From contig JAEINX010000001.1 of assembly GCA_016342645.1 (NCBI GenBank), positions 34,582-98,581 of the forward strand: a DNA stretch of 64,000 bases, written 5' to 3'. Below, in pieces: positions 57,701-64,000 of the stretch. Numbering within the stretch: the stretch's first letter is position 1; every line of letters begins with the position of its first letter. The notes under the pieces are model-generated. The model was not told the DNA's origin. It worked only from the letters and a program-made list of their open reading frames with translations, and searched no databases. Position numbers and translations under genes: made by a program. This DNA comes from Bacteroidales bacterium (GTDB taxonomy: Bacteria > Bacteroidota > Bacteroidia > Bacteroidales > JAEINX01).

Positions 57701-58460
57701 ACCATGTTTCGCCATTATCAACTGAACGCGAAAGCTCAATATCACTATCATTTGATCCACCGAAAGGAGTCCATGCATCATAAAGGTTTCCGGAATAAAG
57801 ACTTGTTGGTGAATTATCAATCATTAAATGATTTTTATCTAAAGTGTTTCCGCCGCCGTTTTTAACAGTAACGGCAGTCCAGCTTTGTCCATTATCATCG
57901 GAATAAGAAACGCCTTGTCCGAGTCCACTATTGATGTAACCAACAAAATATCTGCCATTTAAACCAATTGCAGTTGCAGGGTCACCTGAATTAGGGCCAC
58001 CAGCTCCTTGTACTTCTCCGCTCCAATTCAAACCTGCATCGAAGGTGAAAAAATCATTGGCACCATAAAGTGATCCAACCGGATTCTGTGTTGAGTTGTT
58101 TGAATTCAAGGCATTTTCGTTATCGTTTGGGTTAACGAAAATTGAATTTTCACTTTGTGTTGAATTTACCGAGGTTACGGGAACATCGGGTGAGTCTTCA
58201 GTTACAACACCTAAAGCATCAATTCCACTACCCTTAAATGTAGCTTTTTCAACTTTAACGACAGGATTCAGAGTAGCAAGGCCTTCTTTTGCCTTTCTTT
58301 TCCAATAGCCGTTATTATCAACCCTTGTATTTACTTTCTCAGATTGATCCTTGTCTTTCTTTCTGTTTTTCAACTCGTTTTGTCCGAGCACAAAAGCCGG
58401 AATGATCATTATTATTGCTAATAATGTTAAGATTGTTAGTTGTTTGTTAAAAATTTTCAT
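54729..58460 (-). CDS. Secreted BNR/Asp-box beta-propeller (sialidase-like fold) + FN3 + GEVED domain + shared cassette + T9SS CTD
   Basis: Five Asp-box-like motifs (SDDNGQSWT, SVDNGETWS, TTNGGASF, SENGGDTWS, SFDGGETWE) and a GEVED motif (SYGEVEDYTIDV). The cassette and CTD follow (NNYPNP...YQYKLEI). Confidence 0.75.
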   Translation of the reverse strand: MKIFNKQLTILTLLAIIMIIPAFVLGQNELKNRKKDKDQSEKVNTRVDNNGYWKRKAKEGLATLNPVVKVEKATFKGSGIDALGVVTEDSPDVPVTSVNSTQSENSIFVNPNDNENALNSNNSTQNPVGSLYGANDFFTFDAGLNWSGEVQGAGGPNSGDPATAIGLNGRYFVGYINSGLGQGVSYSDDNGQSWTAVTVKNGGGNTLDKNHLMIDNSPTSLYSGNLYDAWTPFGGSNDSDIELSRSVDNGETWSSTINVSQGIANGHCQGVNIQTGPDGEVYVIFAIYDGWPQDEKAIGMAKTTNGGASFAAPTKIINNIRGIRTTETSKNMRVNSFPSMAVDNSNGPNRGNVYVVWANVGVPGINTGNDIDCYIIRSENGGDTWSTPVKINQDPSGLGKEHYFPWITCDPESGALSVVFYDDRNVSSNQCEVFAANSFDGGETWEDFKVSDVSFTPSPISGLAWGYFGDYLGISAHGGMVYPCWTDNRSGSAMTYVSPYQTNNLPRPTDLVVDLNEETGAVDLEWQFEMVAGFQYFIVYRDGEQIGTTTDLTFIDNLPDYGIYQFKVTAFLDEGESLGPAQTIQWGNPNIAVSQNSFTKILQPDATGSESLVITNEGELELEYDIAISIDSKDNKGGKDYCDGSGGCDEYISNVEVGDINNSSDCTEYGDYTNLSTTMNAGDSYPITITNGNSWNGDECMIWVDWNQNEEFDDNEAISTNGGPDVYTANIIPPDDATGGSTRMRIRLQYYGTPEPCGTTSYGEVEDYTIDVVSWLAVAPTAGTIAAGESETISLDFDATDMEENTYTADLCLSSNDPDEPVITIPITLIVQEGAAATQTIELTEGYQFASSSVDPLENDMLIVIQNILTDNLDYVRNSNGEVFRKIGPNWVNGIGDWSVTEGYLFKMIGSETLVIEGEQLNAQTPINLNSGYQFVSYLPLNAMDAMDAFAEIIGDNLDFIRNSNGEILRKIGPNWVNGIGNVEPSEGYLIKMFSEDILIYPASGKKLAYTEKSIPLHFVFEGGNAADAVWSIYLNEISDGENYLNIGDEIGIFDGKTLVGSALISKNLSDNNKYQNVLTVFETLNDSKGYNPDYPFTIKVWDNDKNIEISDFNFELVSADNAFTGVNFPTEDGQYSYGTFDFSDLKIKEDILSNTFLGNNYPNPLNKNTTISYGLGEAGKVKLTIFNSFGQQVSIPVNQVQSKGTYNVNIDCSDFTPGIYQYKLEIEGSVEKFTESKVMVII
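55032..55949 (-). repeat. Shared C-terminal cassette copy 7 (A+B 55455-55949, GGNAAD domain 55032-55412)
   Basis: YVRNSNGEVFRKIGPNWVNGIGDW and FIRNSNGEILRKIGPNWVNGIGNV, then FVFEGGNAADAVWSIYLNE..NIGDEIGIF. Confidence 0.85.
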
Positions 58461-58595
58461 ATTAATTTTATTTGTTAAATTTCAGATAATTCAAATTATT
58501 GATATTATTATTATTATGACAATACAGTTTAAATAAAGGTTGCACTTAGACATGTGTATTATATAATTGAATAAATCATTGATTTTATTATACAA

Positions 58596-58625
58596 AAAGC
58601 CACGTCATTTTTGACGCAGCTTTTT
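58596..58625 (-). terminator. Rho-independent terminator after the tdh-like gene
   Basis: agc-ca-cgtca tttt tgacg-ca-gct hairpin, followed by T5 on the minus strand. Confidence 0.5.
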
Positions 58626-58646
58626 ATATTATTATTTATATGTATT

Positions 58647-59609
58647 TTATAATAAGCCCTTTTTATGTTTTTCTCCCAATACTTTCAACATATCCTGGGT
58701 CATTGCATCAAGGTCGTAAGCAGGTCTCCATCCCCATTCTTCACGGGCGGCGCTATCATCAACCGAATTTGGCCACGAATCGGCTATTGCCTGACGATGA
58801 TCGGGAGCATAAGTAATTTCAAACTCAGGAATATATTTTTTAATTGAAGCTGCCAGTTCACCTGCTGTAAAACTCATAGCCCCAACATTAAAATCAGAAT
58901 GATGTTTTAGTTTTGAAAAATCTGCCTGCATCAAATCAATAGTTGCCTTTATACAATCAGGCATATACATCATTGGCAATTGTGTATCTTCTTTTACAAA
59001 ACAAGTATATTTTTTATTTTTAATTGCTTCGTAATAAATTGCAACTGCGTAATCGGTAGTTCCGCCACCGGGAAGGGTTTCGTTGCTGATTATTCCAGGA
59101 TATCTTAAGCCTCGAACATCAAGCCCATATTTTCTTACATAATAATCACCTAACAATTCACCTGCAACTTTGGTTACACCATACATTGTAGTAGGCCGGA
59201 GAATAGTTTCCTGTGGAGTGTTATTAACTGGTGTTTCGGGGCCAAATACGGCAATTGAACTGGGGACTAAAACCTGTTCCATTTTCATATCACGTGCAAC
59301 CTCCAAAACATTAATCAATCCGTTCATATTAACATCCCATGCCAACATCGGTTTATCTTCACCTACAACCGATAAAATCGCAGCCATATTCACAATAGTA
59401 TCAATATTGTATTTTTTACAATAAAATTCGAGATCACCCTTGTTTGTTGCACTAAAAAACTCAAAAGGTCCTGATTTTAAAAGTTTTTCAGAGGGTTTGG
59501 TTTTTCTACCATTGGCAATTACGTTTTCGTTGCCATAGATTTTTCTGAGATCAAGTGTAAACTCAGAACCAATTTGGCCAACAGAGCCGATTACTAATAT
59601 TTTTTTCAT
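58647..59609 (-). CDS. tdh: NAD-dependent epimerase/dehydratase family protein, likely short-chain-type L-threonine 3-dehydrogenase
   Basis: MKKILVIGSVGQIGSE Rossmann motif and YGVTKVAGE (YxxxK). Length and N-terminus match the UDP-glucose-4-epimerase-like TDH group. No kbl gene is adjacent. Confidence 0.6.
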   Translation of the reverse strand: MKKILVIGSVGQIGSEFTLDLRKIYGNENVIANGRKTKPSEKLLKSGPFEFFSATNKGDLEFYCKKYNIDTIVNMAAILSVVGEDKPMLAWDVNMNGLINVLEVARDMKMEQVLVPSSIAVFGPETPVNNTPQETILRPTTMYGVTKVAGELLGDYYVRKYGLDVRGLRYPGIISNETLPGGGTTDYAVAIYYEAIKNKKYTCFVKEDTQLPMMYMPDCIKATIDLMQADFSKLKHHSDFNVGAMSFTAGELAASIKKYIPEFEITYAPDHRQAIADSWPNSVDDSAAREEWGWRPAYDLDAMTQDMLKVLGEKHKKGLL

Positions 59610-60251
59610 AATATTTTGCTGTTATTATTTTATTATTGATTATATTAACAAATTTGGAAGCAAAAGTAATAATTTTCTAATATGCTGCTAAATCAATTGA
59701 TTATTTTTAATTGATTATGCCAAAAATTAATTTTGACTGAGATTTTTCTAATTTTGTATCTTTGTGTCTTAGAGCTTTTTTGTCTGTTTTTTTCTCGTAT
59801 TCTAACATTCATTCATTTTCGCAATAAAGCTAAAACGAATCGAAAGAAGAAAACAATAACGAACCAACTAAAATAAAATTAAGCATGAATAGTTAAGATG
59901 AAATTCCTTTGGAATAACAAGAGCGACAAGTATTATATGATTAATAAATCTGACATATAATTTGTTTCGCTACAAGCAGGAAATTCTATCAAAAAAATAT
60001 ATTGCATAAATATCTATTTCTTAGCTTACATGCTTGAAATGCGAGAAATAATAATTATTTATATGTAATAATTAAAGAAAACATTGTAATATTGTCATTA
60101 TTTTGAAATCCGGGAATATTGGATTTTTTACAGTCGGAATGAAAAATGGATTTATTAAAACCTAATTTTGAAATAGATAATTAATTGAAATTATGATAAA
60201 AAATTATATTTTCTTTTCTTTTTTCGATAATGATTATTTGTTTTTTATTAT

Positions 60252-61991
60252 ATGAATTATTCTATTTTTAAGAAATTAATAATACTGTTTTGTTTTACAA
60301 TTAGCGTGCAATGCGGTATTTCAGAAGAAACCGAAACAAAAAATTTCAATAAGGAAGAAAACAATAAAGAGTTTTATTTTTATTTGGAAAATGCAAAACG
60401 ATTTCAAAAAATAAATCCTGATAGTGCTCATTATTATGCGAAGAAAGCTATTGAAATTGCATCCGCAAAAAATGATGAATTTCTGAGAGCAGAAATATTA
60501 AATGCTGATGCAATTACCTATGCAAGCTGTAATAATATTGTTAAAGGCTTAAATATTTTTAAAGAAGTTTATCGAATTTATGACAAACCTGGTAAGGAAA
60601 AGGAATTATCAGAAGTTATGTCAAATATAGCTATTTGTTATGAATGGCTCAATCAATACGATTCGTCTATTTTTTACCTTTTCAGCTCAATTAATATGAA
60701 AAGTGCAGAAAATGACACAATTGGATTAATGAAATCATTTCATAATATTGGCAATGTATTTTCAAAACTCGGAGACTATAAAAAATCAAATGATTATTAT
60801 CAAAAGGCTTATGAATTTGCAGTTTCTTTGAATGATAAGCATGAACAAATTGAACTAATTAACAACATAGGTTTGAATTACAGATTTGTCGGCAACTACG
60901 ATAGTGCATTGTGCTGTTTTAATGAATATTTGGATTATTATAGCAATAATCCAAATCCCCTGTCATTAGGTATGGTTTATAATAATTTGGGATTAGTATA
61001 TCAAGATATTAATAAAAAAAATAAAGCAACGAGCTGTTATAAAATGTCCATAAATAACTTAGAGAAAATAGGCCACAAGTGGGGAATTGCCAATGCTTAC
61101 CACAATATGGCTCAAGTATATAACAACAATAACATGCTTGATTCTGCAATATTTTGTTCAAAACAATCCGCTTTAATAATTGACAGTTTGGATTATCCTG
61201 AATTAAACAGGGATATATATAAAACTCTATACGAAGCCTACCAAAAAAAAGGTAATTCGATAAAAGCCCTTAGAAATTATAAAAACTATATTGCTTTTAA
61301 AGATACTGTTTTTAATTTAGAAAAAGCCAGGCTTATAGAGGAATTGGAGACGAAGTATGAAACATCTAAAAAGGAAATTGAGAACCAAAAACTGAAATCG
61401 GAATTAAAAATTTCCGAAATAAGACAAGAAAAAATATTTTTAATTAGTGCAGTTATTATAGTTTTGTTGTTGGCAATAGTATTGGTAGTTTTATTAATGC
61501 GAAAAAACATAATTCACAAACATGAATTATCTCTAAAAGAATCAATAATTCTTAAAGAAAGGCTGGATTTCTCAAATCAAGAACTTGCCTCCAAAGCTCT
61601 TCATCTTGCGTCACAAAATGAATTCCGGACTAAAATGCTTGACAAAATAAGTAATATTTATGACCATGTGAAAGAATCAGGCCGGAAAAATATAAAAATG
61701 TTATTACACGATTTGGAAAACAATATTAACGAAAATGCTTGGAAGGAATTTGAAACACGATTCGAGCAGGTTCATAAATCCTTTTTTGATGAAATAAATA
61801 GAAAATTCCCTGGCCTTACGCCCAACGACCGGCGATTATGCGCCTTTCTGAAGTTAAATATGACTACGAAAGATATTGCTTTGCTGACACATCGTAGTCC
61901 GAGAAGTATTGAATCGGCTCGATACAGGTTGCGAAAAAAGTTTGGCTTAGCCCCCGAAAACGACATCTCAAAATTCCTTCAATCAATTTAA
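60252..61991 (+). CDS. TPR-repeat / single-TM / LuxR-type HTH transcriptional regulator
   Basis: Signal/anchor, multiple TPR-like repeats, a coiled coil and a TM helix (IFLISAVIIVLLLAIVLVVLL). The C-terminal LuxR HTH is LTPNDRRLCAFLKLNMTTKDIALLTHRSPRSIESARYRLRKKFG. Confidence 0.8.
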   Translation: MNYSIFKKLIILFCFTISVQCGISEETETKNFNKEENNKEFYFYLENAKRFQKINPDSAHYYAKKAIEIASAKNDEFLRAEILNADAITYASCNNIVKGLNIFKEVYRIYDKPGKEKELSEVMSNIAICYEWLNQYDSSIFYLFSSINMKSAENDTIGLMKSFHNIGNVFSKLGDYKKSNDYYQKAYEFAVSLNDKHEQIELINNIGLNYRFVGNYDSALCCFNEYLDYYSNNPNPLSLGMVYNNLGLVYQDINKKNKATSCYKMSINNLEKIGHKWGIANAYHNMAQVYNNNNMLDSAIFCSKQSALIIDSLDYPELNRDIYKTLYEAYQKKGNSIKALRNYKNYIAFKDTVFNLEKARLIEELETKYETSKKEIENQKLKSELKISEIRQEKIFLISAVIIVLLLAIVLVVLLMRKNIIHKHELSLKESIILKERLDFSNQELASKALHLASQNEFRTKMLDKISNIYDHVKESGRKNIKMLLHDLENNINENAWKEFETRFEQVHKSFFDEINRKFPGLTPNDRRLCAFLKLNMTTKDIALLTHRSPRSIESARYRLRKKFGLAPENDISKFLQSI

Positions 61992-62213
61992 TTTTGAAAT
62001 GCAGTAGTTTTTAAGTAGCTGTTTATTTGACTTGTATGATTTTTTTCTTACCTTTGTCTAAAAATAATCATTGATGAAAAATCAAGACCCTATTAAAAGA
62101 AAAATTATTTATTTGAAAAAAAAATTTAAGGATCAAAATCGTGCAATTTCAAATTTAGTTGAAGAAATAAATAAAAAACAAGAAAATAATTATAAGAAAA
62201 ACAGAAAACAAAA

Positions 62214-63350
62214 ATGAAAAAATTTAAAAAAAATATCTTTTTAATATGTATTATTGCTTTAACTACAATTTTAATTAATTCCTGTAAAAAATCAGATGAC
62301 GACAATAATATTCAACCTGCAGAATCTGAAATTATTAAGGCAAATATTATAGCCTCCTTAGATTCTGTTATTCAAAACACTCATGTCCCGGGATTAGTTG
62401 CAGGCATTTGGGCACCAAACGAAGGTGTTGATCTTGTTTACACAGCCGGAGTTTCTAATATTGAAAAAAACACTCCTATGGATGCTGACATGATTTTCAG
62501 AATAGCAAGTAATACCAAAACAATGACAATCTCCGTATTACTTCAACTGGTTGATGAAGGTCTTATTTCTATTGATGATCCTCTATCTGATTATCTTCCT
62601 GATTTCCCAAGAGCTGATGAAGTTACAATTGAGATGCTTACTAATATGCGAAGTGGGATTTTTAGTTTTACCGAATCAGAAGTATTCGGGACTATAGTAG
62701 AAACAAATCCAACAAAAACATGGACTGCTGATGAACTTATAAACATAGCAGCAGGGCAACCTTATTACTTTGATCCCGGAACAGGTTTTCATTACAGTAA
62801 TTCTAATACAGCAATAATTGGTGAGATTATTGAAATGCAAACAGGTTTTTCACTTGAGTATAATATCAGAACCAGAATATTTAATCCTTTAAAATTGGTT
62901 AACACAGTATATATGGTTGGAGGTACCCAAATTCCCGGTTATCATTCATGTGCCTATTATGGTGGGGAATATGATCCTTCTCTTCCTGATCTCTCAGAAT
63001 ATTTTGATAATTCATATGCCGGGGCAGCCGGTGGTGCAATTTCTGATATTTTTGAATTAAAAACATACGCTGAAGCTCTTGCCGGAGGCCAGTTTATTTC
63101 TCCCGAATTACAACAGAAACGATTAGATTGTCACGAAACTGGTAGTAGTAAAGGATTAAAATATGGTATGGGTATTTTTGCTTATAAAGGATTCTACGGA
63201 CATAATGGTGGTATGTTCGGCTATACTTCACTAATGGTATATTCTCCTGAGAAAAATTGTACAATCATAATTTGGTATAATAGCCAGTTACCCGAAACAC
63301 CAACCGATTTACTTTTTGTTATCCCGCATTTAATTTACAACGACTTATAA
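62214..63350 (+). CDS. Serine hydrolase (beta-lactamase / D-Ala-D-Ala carboxypeptidase-like) lipoprotein
   Basis: Lipobox INSC, SxxK motif ASNTK and YSN motif HYSNSN. Confidence 0.8.
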   Translation: MKKFKKNIFLICIIALTTILINSCKKSDDDNNIQPAESEIIKANIIASLDSVIQNTHVPGLVAGIWAPNEGVDLVYTAGVSNIEKNTPMDADMIFRIASNTKTMTISVLLQLVDEGLISIDDPLSDYLPDFPRADEVTIEMLTNMRSGIFSFTESEVFGTIVETNPTKTWTADELINIAAGQPYYFDPGTGFHYSNSNTAIIGEIIEMQTGFSLEYNIRTRIFNPLKLVNTVYMVGGTQIPGYHSCAYYGGEYDPSLPDLSEYFDNSYAGAAGGAISDIFELKTYAEALAGGQFISPELQQKRLDCHETGSSKGLKYGMGIFAYKGFYGHNGGMFGYTSLMVYSPEKNCTIIIWYNSQLPETPTDLLFVIPHLIYNDL

Positions 63351-63367
63351 TTTAAAAATATATAAAA

Positions 63368-64000
63368 ATGAAAAATGATTCAAAAACCCCTAAAAGATTA
63401 ACCAGCAATATTATAATAATTTGCTTAACAACCCTAATTTGTACTATTTCATTAATATTTTCATCCTGTAATAAAGATGAAGATTCACAAATAGTTCCAG
63501 CAAGTACATTTAAGAACGACGTTGAAAAGGTTCTTGCCGATAAAATTGAAGAATTCGGAATACAAGGAATAACAGCATACATTCAAAATTCAAAAGGCGA
63601 GATTTGTAATACAGGTATCGGGCTTGCTGATTCTATTAATAAAATTCCAATGAAATACGATACAAAAATTCGGATTGCCAGTATTTCAAAAACTTTTCTT
63701 GCTACTGTTGTGCTTCAGCTTTGGGAAGAAAATCTCCTGGATATTGATAATTTAATGAGTGAATATCTGCCTGATTCAATAGTATCAATGTTTCCGTATG
63801 GAGCCGAAGTAAATCTCAGGCAATTGTTAAACCACACAAGTGGAATATATGATTTTGAGGATGATCAATTTATTGGAATTCTCTTAAGCAATCCACAGCA
63901 TCATTGGACACCCTATGAATTACTATTACATGCAGTAAATGCTGACTTAAGCGTTCATCATATTCCGGGAGAGTTATTTAGTTATTCAAATACTAACTAT
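63368..64000 (+). CDS. Second serine hydrolase (beta-lactamase family) lipoprotein, 3' end cut by window edge
   Basis: Own translation from the ATG at 63368: MKNDSKTPKRL...FSSCNKD (lipobox), SxxK motif ASISK and YSNTNY at the window end. The frame stays open to base 64000. This gene is not in the ORF track. Confidence 0.75.
   Translation, partial: MKNDSKTPKRLTSNIIIICLTTLICTISLIFSSCNKDEDSQIVPASTFKNDVEKVLADKIEEFGIQGITAYIQNSKGEICNTGIGLADSINKIPMKYDTKIRIASISKTFLATVVLQLWEENLLDIDNLMSEYLPDSIVSMFPYGAEVNLRQLLNHTSGIYDFEDDQFIGILLSNPQHHWTPYELLLHAVNADLSVHHIPGELFSYSNTNY

Noticed and set aside
1-64000. tRNA, rRNA, tmRNA, riboswitches, prophage, transposase or integrase genes
   Set aside because: I scanned by eye for T-loop-like GGTTCGAATCC-type motifs, rRNA-like conserved stretches and recombinase motifs. 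None was found outside coding sequence. Eye-scanning cannot fully exclude small RNAs.

Overview
Visibly AT-rich chromosomal segment (not computed), most consistent with a Bacteroidota genome or MAG. Supporting signs are eight proteins with T9SS type-A C-terminal sorting domains, an ECF sigma / FecR / STN-TonB receptor trio, a GH3-family gene, C25 gingipain-like peptidases and a TPR-LuxR regulator. I found no rRNA, tRNA, CRISPR array, transposase or integrase.

Layout:
- 1-12.5 kb: a 5'-truncated yfhO-like gene, then a ~9 kb segment bracketed by ~145-bp imperfect direct repeats. The segment carries an m5C methyltransferase overlapping a GHKL-ATPase with a C-terminal Rx4H (HEPN-like) motif. It also carries a tight operon of GNAT, Na+/solute symporter, M20 amidohydrolase, alanine racemase and a second PLP racemase.
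- 12.6-25.8 kb: an alpha-glucan-flavoured secreted-protein locus. It holds a 4x starch-binding-like repeat protein, LacI with two LacI-type palindromic operators, a giant GH57-like protein, and a tandemly duplicated two-gene unit (T9SS protein plus a tiny Pro/Gly-rich membrane-anchored protein).
- 26-34.9 kb: housekeeping genes (hemW, GH3, LysE, ispD, queA, truB, uppP, FAD oxidoreductase).
- 35-58.5 kb: a minus-strand array of very large secreted proteins interrupted by a DUF4143-type ATPase and an ECF-sigma/anti-sigma/TonB-receptor unit.
- 58.6-64 kb: tdh-like dehydrogenase, TPR-LuxR regulator and two serine hydrolases.

Main hunt results:
1. Seven secreted proteins with unrelated catalytic heads share one conserved C-terminal cassette that I cannot assign to a named family. 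It consists of two ~80-aa RNSxGxMLRKIGPxWxNGIG repeats plus a GGNAAD domain, placed directly before the T9SS CTD.
2. One cassette protein has an in-frame TGA exactly at the first Cys of a thioredoxin-like TW[C]xxCP motif, with a hairpin 13 nt downstream. It is a candidate T9SS-secreted selenoprotein, or else a pseudogene.
3. A two-gene Dcm + GHKL-HEPN module looks like a defence system.
4. A duplicated unit pairs a T9SS protein with an ~80-aa protein whose tail resembles a PEP-CTERM-type sorting signal.

All family calls rest on motif recognition by eye. No searches or computations were run.
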